DNA of 64,000 nucleotides from Eutreptiella sp. 'Long Island Sound 2002' (lineage: Eukaryota; Protista; Euglenida): the NCBI GenBank assembly GCA_964036045.1, contig OZ038378.1, positions 21,018,001-21,082,000 on the forward strand, given 5' to 3'. Numbering within the stretch: position 1 is the first letter of the stretch; every line of letters starts with the position of its first letter. Under the pieces are notes generated by a model, which worked only from the letters and a program-made list of their open reading frames with translations, was not told the origin of the DNA and did no database searches. The position numbers were made by a program, and so were the translations under genes. This document shows, piece by piece, positions 49,756 to 61,734 of the stretch.

Positions 49756-52700
49756 ATGAATCCGACCCAACAAACTGCTCCCTTGAATAAGATAAAACTG
49801 CTCCCACCTGCATCAAAGACACGCCTTGCGGTGTTCAATGCCAATGGAATCTGCGCAGAAGTAACCCCTTCTGGTCAACGGAAGCGACGCGTGGACTTCA
49901 TCACAAAATTCTTAGTACAAAAAGAGGTCTCCGTCATGGGGATACTGGAGCACCACCTCAGTACGCCCGAAGATCTGATCCGTTTGCAGGAACACTTCAA
50001 AGCTTTCAACTTTCATTTTTATGCTCAACTCTCCCCATAGGGAAGAGGTGATGCAAGCGTTGCCTTCAGGCAGGAGTGGTCCATGCCATCACCCCCAGAG
50101 CCCATCCCCATCCCTACACACCCTGAGCTGCAGTCAAGAATGATGTTGGTCAAGTTACTTTCCCCCTTCGGGGCCTGCTACCCGATTTTGGTGGCCCACT
50201 TCCACCATGAGGCCAAATTGAGGCAAGCGCAATGGACAGCCCTACATCAATTCTTTGTCCACAGACAGGACAGGATTATACTATTGGCAGACCATAATTC
50301 TTTCATCCTGCCCCACAGAGATGTAGCCTGCCCCCCACAATCCATTGATTCTGAGGTGACTGCAGCTAGAACAGTCGAGACCCAATTCCTAGCCACCAAT
50401 GAACTGATGGACGCCTATCCATTTGTGCATGAAGCCAAATCGGTGTCGTCACATTTGGAAGGATGGACTTGGGGCTTCCCTGCGGCAACACCAAACAAAC
50501 CACCAGCCGGGAAAAAACGCAAACACAGTCACACGACACAAGACGCACCACAAGTAAAACCACCCCCAAAACAGCACAGGACCACGGCGACGCCACCAGC
50601 CAACCACACACACGGCACAACAATAAAGGACCGCAGAAGGCGAATTGATAGAATCCACTTCCCGACAGAACTCTCTGAGTATGTTACAGGATGCTATCCT
50701 CTATTCTTAGGCGCCTCCGACCACAAATGTGTCTTAATGACGATGGACCCACCACCGCAATCAAACACTGCAAAGCGCACCCGCTGCCCGACAAATTTTT
50801 TGCATAATCAAGAACTGGTCGACACACTGAAAGCAGAGGTGATGGGGCTACGCTCAGAGGGCTTCTGTTGGTGGAAGGACGCACAACACATCATCATGCG
50901 CACATCCATCGACTACGAGAAGCATCACAACCCCTCGGGTTTCACCAACATACAGGCACTCGTCATGGAGTGCTCCACTACACATATCTCACCACTGGCA
51001 TGGGATCATCTGAACGACCTGGGCTGCCACCCACCAGACCCATCTTCTGCCTATTCTATGTTGGTGATGTTACAGGCTCAGTCAGAGGGTGAACAGGCCA
51101 GGGAACAGGTACAGCGACAGCTGAAAGAAAGTCTTGACACAGCCAACACGGCAAAGGATAAGTCAAGAGAGCTTTGGAGACTCCTCCAACAACTCAAAAT
51201 AAAACGAAAGCTCTCATGCTTGCGGACAACCACCAGCCAGTCCTTACACTCGGCTGACACAATCGCCCACGAAATCACCAGCAAACTGAAGTCTACCATG
51301 CAGGCCACTGGTGCCTCTGAGGATGCATGCCGGCAATATCTGCACCCCTTCTTTCATGGAAAAAACACACAGTCACTATTCCGCATGCTCACGAAACCGA
51401 TAGATCTAGACCTGATTCAGGCAACCCTATTGTCTTTGCATCCCACGTCTTCCCCAGGAGAAGACGGTTTTACGGCACAAGTGTACCGTTCCTTTCTGCA
51501 TGAATTTGCGCCTGTCATGCTGCGCATTGTCACACAATTTTTGGTCGATGGCACACTGCCGCAGCAGTGGACCACAGCACTACTCAATCCCATCCCCAAG
51601 GGCTCAGGTGTGCCCACAGCAGGTGATTTACGACCGCTAGTACTCCAGAATGTGGCACTGAAATGGTTGGCAGCATCTATCTCTTTGCATCTCAAAGACC
51701 TCATCATCTATTTAACCCCTCTTGAGCAAAAGGGCTTTATTTGCGGTAGATACATGTTTGATCATTTGTATGAATCTTTCGGTTCCTGGAGGCACTACCC
51801 AGAAGCCGCCTTTCTCCCCATAGACTTTTCCAAAGCTTTTGACAGCGTTACGCACACATATTGCTCTGTCTTCTTTCAAATGATGGGACTGCCACAGGGA
51901 TATGTTCCTGCGCTGCTTCATCTGTTTCAAGCGCCAATCAAACTCCTCCTACCACAAGGAATCATGCATCTGCATGGATATTCCCCCACCTCAGGAGTCA
52001 GGCAGGGCTGCCCTCTCTCACCCATCTTGTTCTCGATGCTCATTTCACCAATAATTGCCCATTTGCGCTCACTGAACCACGACATCCGCTCACTTCTGTA
52101 TGCAGACGATTTACTGATTATTCTACCCTTTCCCCAGCATCTCTGTGTGAAATTGATTCATGGAGTTCTGCACGAGCTTGCCCTCTTCACCAGGATCACG
52201 GGGCTCAGGGTCAATTTCGACAAGTCGGCAACTCTGTTGAAAGGAACATGGAGCCTGCATCACAAATCACTCATCAACTCTCTCCCGATTGCCATCAAAC
52301 CATCCGCTAGATACCTTGGGGTACTGTTGGGCAATGCGACACCCGAAGAGTCATTTGCTCCGGCACTGCAGAAGGCTCTCCACCGAGCGGTGCGCATGCA
52401 AGAATGGGGACTGACACTCCAGCAACGCATAGAACTACTCAAGCAATGGGTATTGCCTGTACTGACGGTACCAGCACGCGTCATCTTCCCCACAAAGGCG
52501 ATTTGTGCCCAACTGGCGGACGTGTACCGCATTGCACTCAAATTGAACCCATGGGGCATCACTCTCCCCATCCTGGGGCTACCTGTATCAGAAGGGGGTT
52601 TCTCACTGATGCCCCAGAAATCCTTTCTGATGTGGCAACACGCCTCCATGTTTTTGCAGTACGTCAAAGAACCAGCGACAATTTCCAACATCCTAGCCGT

Positions 52701-54993
52701 GCCCTTCAAGCACTGGGCCCAGAGATACGGAGTGCACTGCACCTCGGCAACCCTTCCTTTCTTCAGCATGGGACCTGTTCCTTACAGCACCATGCCTACC
52801 ATGGCCTTTGCCGCCAAGGCATACTCAGTCACCATGAATTTGGCTTCACCCACTCTGCCAGCAATAGAACCGGCCCTGCTACCACTGTGGCACAATCGCT
52901 TGTTTGCGAAGTCGTCAGGCAGGACCTACTACTCCCCATCGCTGATTCGTAAAAATGTGCTATTTCTTAGAGACATCGTCCAGAGTCCGGAACTGTGCGA
53001 AGCACTACCACACACGTGGAAATCTGTGTATCGATTACACAAGCGAAAGCTGTTATCACTGCGCAGTTCCCCCCCTGCAGTACATCATGTGCCGAGCTTT
53101 TGGTTCCATTGGCAATCCTCGGCTGTGTCCAGGGAGCTAGCCAAGCCGAACAATTTCTGCACCAGACAATCCAGGGACACATGGAAGGCCCTCATGGCCC
53201 TACAGTTACCAGACACGGACAGGCATTTCCTATACAGGGCATTATGGCGTAAACTCCCGACGGGACAACGCCAAGCAAGAATGAACCCGGGACAGACCAA
53301 CTGCCCTATTGATGGGGTGCCTGAAACCCACAAGCATCTCTGCACGGACTGCCGCTTTTTGAAAATTGCATTTGACTGCATCAACAAGGCGTATGCGCCC
53401 ATTGTGATTGAAGGTAACCCCATCTCTTCTGTGTCCGCATTGGTCTGGGATACCCCCTCCCTTAGCTTGAGTACTGCACCACGACTTCTGGCCTGGTCGG
53501 CCATCGTGGTCAACTGGGGTCTGCGAACATCAGCCCGGATTAAGGGTTTCACCGTCACGTGGGAAAGCTTCCTGACTGGCTGGGTGAAAAAACTAGCCAC
53601 TTGGCAACAATACCCTCTGAGGTGGCTGTCCACTGCTGAGCTAAGTATATTCACGGACTGCGTCCTGCAGCTTTTAGAAGAGGGTAAGCTGGTTCACCCC
53701 AACCTCTCCTGTTCTGCTAATTTGCCGAGGCCACGACGCACGGGCAATAACGCCAAGATGGCCAGGAAACTGGCTGCAAAGCAAGAGTTTGCCTCCCAAC
53801 TGGAGGGAATCGTGGCACAAGGGCTGACTCAGATATATACGGACGGCTCATCAGAAAGGGTCCTGCCCATAGGGTATATTGGTGGATACGGAGTACATGT
53901 GCCGAACACACTGGATCTAGGGGCACCTATGCCTGCACACCTACCTCAAACAAATAATGCTACTGAGGTGTACGCAGTGACTCAGGGACTAAAAATATTT
54001 CCACAAGCAAACTTGGCCCTGATGACAGACTCTGCCTTGGTCTACCTAGGGGCCACCGGCGCAGCGCGAATCTGGAAAATCCGTGGCTGGCACGGATCAC
54101 ACGGCCCCATACTACACCCCGAACTATGGGAAGAGCTTCTACAGCTCATCGCGGACCACCAAGGTATACTGAGTTGGTACAAGGTCCCATCACATGTGCA
54201 GATAGAGGGTAATGAACGTGCCAATGATTTGGCAGAATGGGGACGGCAGCAAAACCCGCTATACCCAGAACCCCCCGGGGACAGAGAGGAGGGCAGGGCA
54301 GGCACGGAAGCGAACCACAGCAAAGTGATCATTTTTTCACACAAGCACCCATCCCCCCCCGAGCCCGCAGTACATGCAGGTTCACCCCCACCCCCAGTGG
54401 TGCAAGAACCCTCGACACCGCCGTGTGCGACACCGTCCGCTCCCATGTCAGGCACACAGTCAGATACACACAACATGGTGACACCCCTCGTGACACCTAT
54501 TAGAGTACCGGTCAGTGCCTCCCCATTGTGCAGAGATACACCCGCCCGCCTGCTTTTGAATGATCTGGATTTATGCCTCATGGATGAACCTGTAAGTCGT
54601 CAGAGTGGCTCCCTCTCAGAGACCACCGTGTCTTTCGCCTCCACAGAGGATTACATTCAGTCTCAGGCTTCGCAGGACAGTCTACTCACGGCATCAGGGA
54701 GTGAAAACCATTCGGTCCCACGGCCAACCAAACGAAGGCATTTCAACACGCCTAGCCCGGTGCCATCAAGCCCCGCCTCAGTGGAAATACACTCACACGG
54801 AACAACCATGTACTCACCCAGCATGCCGGCGCGTTCCAACAGACAGCCTGTATACTCGCCACGGCAACCCGCATCGCCTCTGGCGCCAGACACGCCCAAT
54901 TTCTGGCACTACTCAATATGTGACACTGATTGCTCAGGGCACTCCCCACCAGAGTCACCCACCACCCCGGACTCTGGCTGTTTTGAGATGTAG
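49756..54993 (+). CDS. LINE ORF2: apurinic endonuclease, reverse transcriptase, zinc finger, RNase H (one premature TAG at 50038)
   Basis: ORFs 49756-50040 and 50083-54993 share a frame. APE motifs FNANG, ILEH, ADHN, RIDRI, SDH; RT motifs IDFSKAFDSV, GVRQGCPLSP, YADD, RYLG; Zn finger CPID...H...C; RNase H YTDGS, TNNATE, TDS, HVQIEGNE. Confidence 0.95.
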
Positions 54994-55612
54994 GGGCCCT
55001 CTCCCATGTCTGAATGAACAAGCAAGAAAGCACCTGATCCGCAATTGAATTCGTGGTGACGATAGGGTCTGATTGTCTCTGTACCCCGTCACGCTATGCC
55101 CTTGATTGAGGTCCACCCCATGCCCCCAAGAGGTCCCCCCCCCGGGAGACCTTAAGCAAAGTCCAATTTGGCTCCGGTGCCAGTGGATGCTCTGCGGCAC
55201 GGAGCCATTGGCCTGTTCGACTATTGTGCCCAGTCACGATCATGTACAGGACGTCGAGTTCAGCTCAGACGTCAGTACTACCAGGGTGCGAAGGTTGTAG
55301 ACCTGATTTGGGATGTGTTTCCCCACCCCCGAGGGAGTCGTCTGTCAGACACCCAAACACCCTTGAATGTTATGACTGTTCCGTGCACACGCACCGGAGG
55401 TTGGGCCTTCGACCCCTCACACACATGCTGGAGACACTGTCACTGTGGCTGGTCACGGCTATGTACATAGATAGTGGAGCACCCCAACCAAGAAGGGGAC
55501 ACATGGAGCCTGTGTGAATGAACTGCACATGCACGCACTGACGTGATGAACTTATGGATGTACGACAGGCGGTGGTGGACGTCTGTACGTTTCAGCAAAC
55601 CACCTTTATGGC

Positions 55613-57363
55613 CATACAACCCCATAATTCCCCATAATTCCCCATAATTCCCCATAATTCCCCAGAATTCCCCATACAACCCCATAAGACCCCATAATTC
55701 CCCATAAATCCCCATAACTCCACATACCCATAGGGGGAACGTTAGCGCGCCGGGCGCGCGCAGGGCATCTTTTTGGACCCGTGCCCCTCTAGTGGCCTTT
55801 TAGGGGGTGCACTAAGGGGGCGCACTTAGCACAGTGCAGCTATTTGGGCGCCTGGCTGTACTAGAGACCCACACTTTGAGATACTAGGAGCATCATGGTG
55901 ACCCCTAGCGTAGGTTTTGACTTCTGATTTTGTCTCCTTTGTTTGGACTGACCAAAGCAACTCGGTCGCCACGCAAGATGAGGCAGAGGATGAGGCGGAA
56001 GTGTGTGTGTTGTGTTGCCAACGGCGCTCCACCGTTGCAGTTTGTGATGAGTGTAAGGAGCACTATTGTAATGAGTGTATTGACACCCACACTTGTGGGA
56101 CCAATGTTGTTTGTTAATTACACTACAAATGACAGTTGGAGTGGTTGAATTCACAGATCCTGCTTTATTTTGCAACGTGCTTTGTAGGGAAGGTGTGCAG
56201 TGCAATGTGGTCTACTTGGGGGGCTTCTCCATGGGAGGGTAAATCTGGGGCTGAAGTCGGGATAGTTAGCGCGCCGGGCAAACATTCCCCCATAATTCCC
56301 CATAAAACCCCATAATTCCCCATACAACCCCATAAAATCCCATAATTCACCATACAACCCCATAACTCCCCAGAATTCCCCATAATTACCCATAATTCCC
56401 CACAATTCCCCATAATTCCTATCCTTTGGCAAGCAGACGTCTTCTGGCGCTGGCGAGCGCATAGGCCTGGACGTTTTACACCGAGCCAGCCAAGGAGTAA
56501 TTTTATTACATTGGTAGCCCATGCATCATTTTCATATTGTTGCAATAGTTGCCCTCTTTCAACACTGTGTGTTGACCATGACAAGCTCTGCACACCAAAG
56601 TTGCTTACGTTCGGCCATGGTATTCTTATGCATTGTTACTTCGTTTTCTGCTGCAATGTCTGTGTGTGTACAGTGGCAGCACGGAGGGGGGGGCTGTCAC
56701 TTGGCAACGGTCCCCCCAGGGGGTGGCAGGAGACTGTCTTCCCTTGGGTGGAGAAGGACACCGGGGGGTGAGGGGAAGATTTAGAACAGGTGAGACAGCT
56801 TTTGACAGCTCATCAGGCCCCCCCCCAGAAAAAAGAATAGTGATGAAAGTTCTTGTGGTCCGAAATTGCTTGGGCAAAAGGGCGTGTGTTCCCATTGTTT
56901 GCAGACACGTGATAGGATTCACCTCGCAATGTGGCAGTGAGAAGGGTGCCTTGACGCAATGCCCACACATTGCAAATTTTAGCCCCGTGCTGATGGCACC
57001 ATTGCAGTTGGACATGCCCTCCCCACGCCCCGCAGAATTGCATGTGCACCCTTGCCCTTCCAGGGCCCTGCCCCTCTTCACAGCCGATCAGTATTTTCAA
57101 TTTCTTCTTGTCCCCATTCGCTTGTGCCCCCGCTCTCCTCTCACAGTGTTTAATGGACCATGCACAGGGAGCATCCCTGGCATCCTCCTCAGGCGCCACA
57201 TACTACACCGAGCCAGCGGCGGAGTCCTGCCATGCAGAGCCCCTCCGTTGCAGGTCCTGGCGCCCCCCACTCGTACTCAGCCTCCTCTGCCTCATGGGCG
57301 TTGCTTTCCTTGGGATTTGTGCATTGCCACCGCGGCCCTCGCACGCGCTGCAGTGGGCTTGGC
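55613..57363 (+). repeat. 1.75-kb direct repeat, copy R2 (continues into the intact gene)
   Basis: See R1. Confidence 0.95.
57100..57146 (+). promoter_or_regulatory. Polypyrimidine tract and AG splice acceptor 6 nt upstream of the ATG (cis, or spliced-leader trans-splicing)
   Basis: ttcttcttgtccccattcgcttgtgcccccgctctcctctcacag|tgtttaATG. Confidence 0.5.
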
Positions 57364-60300
57364 TACCCCAGCCCCTGCTCTCTGCACGCCCATCCATTGT
57401 GCCCCAAGTAGCTCCGCAGTCTGGTCTGGGCTTCTGGGGGCGCCGGCAGGTGCCCTCACTCACAACCGTGTGGGCTGCTGAAGGGTCGGAGGACGAGACG
57501 GCCGCCGACACGGGGCCCCGCCAGAACGCCACGACGGGGCGCTACAAGCGCTCGCAGCCACGCGCCCTCAAGAGGCGCCCTGTGTACGACAAGGTTTGTG
57601 CCTGCGCAGCCCCAAGCCTGAGCGCCCCGGGGACGGTGGGCGGTGCATATGAATCGTGGTGCCATCATGCAGGAGTCATGGGGTGTGACGTTGGGGATAT
57701 GCTGAGGAATGGTCCAGGGCCCAGCACAAGTGCGCGAACACCGCTTTGTGGTGCAGGGGGGTGACTAGATCAATGATCGTGTTGATCTTTGCCCCCCTCC
57801 AGAACCCCCACCCTACGCCAATGGGGAACAGTAGTTTGGCCAGTGACAAAGGCCCGAAGGGCAATCGAGCTGATGAAGGTGTACGCAAATGCCCTGACTT
57901 GAATTGTATCTTCTTCACCCATGGTGAATGGAATCCCCCCCCCCCCTGAGTTGCGTTCATTCAAAATGTTCTGAAGGAAACGGGGAATCTTAAGATGCCC
58001 CTGGACCCCCCTGCCCACGCCGTAGGGGCTGGGGTCCAGAAATATTTCCAGGTCCAATGCCCAACACACGGGAAGCGTGAGCAGGTAGACACAAGGCCCT
58101 TTCCATTACCGTTTGCTCTTCTGGCGAGAGGACTCTACGATGAAGAGCACCTTTGCTGCATCCCAGAGCTATCTAAAGGGTATCTGGTGGTGTTCCTGCC
58201 AAGCCGTGCCTGGTCCACCTCGAAACCCCGGCTGCCGGCCCCTCTGATCCGGCTGCCTTCCCTCTGATCCGGCTGCCTTCCCTTTTTGTAGGGACACCAT
58301 GCCATGCGGGGGGTGCACTGTACTCACATACTGACCAGAACCTTGAAGTTGCATCGAACCCAAATGGAGGGTTAGAGGATCGCAGCAAAAATCCTCCGAG
58401 TACGGCCAATTTCAGTGGGGGAACACAAGGTCTGGCCTGTTTTCCAGACTCCCCCATCAACCCCTTTCTAATGTGCGCTGGCTGGAAGCCCCCCCCCCCC
58501 CCACATGAGCACCAGGTCCCAACCACCATCTGTCACGGTATGGGCCCTGGGGCCCCCCTATTGCACGGCAACAAATCCCCCAGGAACCGCTTGCCCGTGG
58601 GCTGCGTGTAGACATGTCCTTCTCAGACCCGTCGGACCCTCTTTACCCCCTGACATCGGCCATGCTTCTGCAAGGGGGAGTGGGACCACATCATGCGGGA
58701 CCTCCCATACTGGACCTCCTTTTGTGGGGACAGCGGAGCATTGAGTCAGGGGAAGAGATGCGGGAGGGGGGGGGGGGGGGGCTCCCTTCAGCGATGATCC
58801 GGTTGCCCTGCAGGTGCCAGGACCTGACGCCGCTGGCCCTCCAACCGCCACCGTGACTATCGGGTCGCTGAAGGCCAACGAGACGGCGGAGGATGGCCGC
58901 AATGTGTTGTTTGCCATTTGGTTCGGCGACAAGGACCCACGGAATGTGGTTGAGGAGCTGCATGACAAGGCCCAGGTACGTTGGGGTGGGGTGTGGCATG
59001 GCGTGCTGGGCATCTGTGGTTGGTGTCGGGCGTTGCACGGCTTTGGGGGGGTGGTATGGTATGGTATGGTATGGTATGGTATGGTATGGTATGGTATGGT
59101 ATGGTATGGTATGGTATGGTATGGTATGGTATGGTATGGTATGGTATGGTATGGTATGGTATGGTATGGTATGGTATGGTATGGTATGGTATGGTATGGT
59201 ATGGTATGGTATGGTCTGGTCTGGTATGATGAACGCCCCCCTGTCTGCGGCTGTGTGGTGGCTGGATGGCGCGGTAGCTGGTGGTGGTGGCCGCTGTCCA
59301 CAGGTTGGGCTGGCCCGCTGGTTCCGCTGGTTGAGTTTTGTGTGGTGTGGGGCAGTGGTGTGGGCAGTAGTTGGCCGTGGTGGAGTGGGGGGGGGGTTCG
59401 GTGCTGTGCAGTGTGTGTTGTGGTGTGGTGTGTGTGGGGGTCGGTGGGGCGGTGTGCTGTGACGGCACATGTTGTGGCGCTCCATCCGATACGCCACCAT
59501 GGCCTTTCCAGACTGAGAATCGCGCGCAGCTCCGCGCTGCCCTCGCCGTACTGAAGATGTTCCCAGAGGAGGAGGTGCTGGAGATCAGGACCACCAACAC
59601 CTACATTCCGGAGATTGTGTACGGCAGCTCCTTGGGCAACTGGAGGCAGAGGCAGTGGAAGGGGAAGATCAAGAACTCGAAGCTGTGGCAGCAGCTGGAT
59701 GCTGCATTGCTGAAGCACCGAGGGAAGGTGACCTGGAGGTGTGGGACCCAGCCTTCTGGGGGCCTGTGTGGACCGCAATGAGGCTGGTGTATGCCCCCAG
59801 GGGATCAGGCGAGTTTGCAGAGCACGAGGCGACACACATCAGGGGAAGCCTTGGGGGCCGCGGAGGCATCATAGTGCCGCAGCGGCGCAGGGGGGCCCAG
59901 CGTGGGGGGGTCTATGCATTCAGACACCCGCCCCTGACGTCGGCCTTGCACATGCCCGTGGGGCCTGAAGAGCCCGTTGTCCTGCTGGACGCATGCAGTG
60001 CGTTCCTCTTGTTCTCTCTTCTGTTCCCATAAAGTTATTGCATCAACGGCGCCCAGAAGTTCTCCTGAGACTGCAGTTGGGGTCCATGGGGGCAGCCTCA
60101 GCGGCCCCAACTCAGTTTTACTCGGCCACACGGGAGCTTGCGGTGAGGCATGGACTTCGTCATGATCGCGCATCTGCTCTTGGCGTGCACTCGCCGCCTC
60201 TCGCACAGCCTATTCATGTCTACCCCCTGCTGTCCGCTCCCTTTGTGGGTGGTCCCTCATTTCGGAAGCCTGCCTTGGCCCAAGCAACCCCCCCCCCCCC

Positions 60301-61551
60301 CAATCTCACGCCACAGGGACACGGGGGGGGGGGATTCTGAAATCAAACTCCAATGCCCCCCATGTTAGACCCCTTTCTTCAGCCTCGCAGTCCGACTACA
60401 CAGTGCCAAAGAACAAACTGTCAAATAAAAGGCAACAGTAAAAAGACAAGTCACAAAAAAATGGCTGCTGGCTTGACAGTGGGTTTCGATAGAATCCCGG
60501 TTGCTTTTGCTCCGAATCAAAGCCACATCAGTCATGCTGTGCAATCTCCGTGAATGATGTGTTGGGAATGCCGTGCATGCAGTGCACATGCAGTGCAAAC
60601 TTTTGTATGTCGGCAACTACTTGAACCCTAGTTTTGGCCCTTTTTCACAAGTTTGTTGTTCTACATCAGGTTTTTTTATGCTTCTTGTGCATTGAGGATG
60701 TGGCACATTTGAATTGCCACCCATTTTCAGCCATTTTCAGCCATTTTAGCCCATTTTCACCCAGTTTTACGGCACGTTCTTTGTTATAGTGGATGCTGGA
60801 TTATGATGATGGGGAATCACCGGACGTTGTGTACATTCACGGTGCAACAAATCAGCAGTTGGGTTGTCACACACTCGGATTCCAACCTCCATGGCCATTG
60901 CCTTACTATCTCTAGGAAACAATGTCCTTTGTGGATTCTCTTTATGAGCTAGCTTTTGAACCCTCCATCCACACTCTCAGATCATCGCGAATTAGTAGCA
61001 TGGCTTATCAGTAACGGCCCACATAGTGCTGCATATTGCTACAAGTTGGGCCCCAATCAGGTGAAGGCAGAATGCCTATGTCCCAGGAAGGGTGCCACCA
61101 TCTCCCAACACACTCAACCAACAGCAGATTGCGCTTGGCCACGGCCACCAACCACCAAGGATATGAAGACCTTTGTGATGCTTGCATAAATGCAAGGTGG
61201 TTTGCTCCCTTCCTCCCTTGCTAGGTTTCATCGTATGGGCACCGCTGGCAGTACCCACGCAGTGCGCACGCAGTGCAACAACTTGGCTCTTGCAGCAACA
61301 ATATGCACGGCACCTCGTTGCACAACGGGATGCACGGCTGAAATCAAGCCTCCAGTCCTCTTTCTTCATCCTGTATGTGAACCTGGGCATTTTGGTGGGT
61401 GGCCTGCGAATGTGCAAAATCATTGCACCCCTTTCCCCATTGCTGTCGGACACTGGGATGCTTGCACCTCATCAGCCATGTGACCACTGGTGCACAACAC
61501 ACACCCCACACAACACGCATGAACGACGTAACACGCACAACACACAACCCA

Positions 61552-61587
<36 letters not shown>

Positions 61588-61700
61588 TGGAGGAAAGGCC
61601 GCGAGAGGCGGAGATTTAAACATTGCTGCAGTGCGAACACTGCTGTAGAGAGGTGCTGTATGATAGCGAACGCTTTGGATTCTGTTGAAATGATTGGGCG

Positions 61701-61734
<34 letters not shown>

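Larger units (their letters stand above)
48940..55612 (+). mobile_element. L1/Tx1-like non-LTR retrotransposon with RNase H, probably 5'-truncated
   Basis: ORF1-like frame to 49731; ORF2 with APE-RT-zinc finger-RNase H; about 620-bp 3' UTR ending directly at the minisatellite with no poly(A). Confidence 0.9.

Noticed and set aside
30175-50040. Reassigned genetic code (TAA/TAG = Gln or TGA = Trp) suggested by isolated in-frame stops
   Set aside because: The stops are rare relative to abundant CAA/CAG/TGG codons, several ORFs end properly at TAG/TAA/TGA, and the host exons contain none. Point mutation explains them.
53830-54250. LINE RNase H as the direct source of the neighbouring pseudo-RNase H gene
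   Set aside because: The gene's WFG..DPRN motif resembles cellular RNase H1 and is absent from the LINE domain. The gene is intron-rich and old while the LINE is recent, so adjacency looks coincidental.
58558-59835. Long ORFs with YGMVW or YHTIP repeats
   Set aside because: They are translations of the intronic (TGGTA)n microsatellite.
60900-61460. Cys/His-rich minus-strand ORF (HLCKH, SWIM-like)
   Set aside because: Spacing does not fit a SWIM finger without assuming frameshifts; it is intronic and unsupported.
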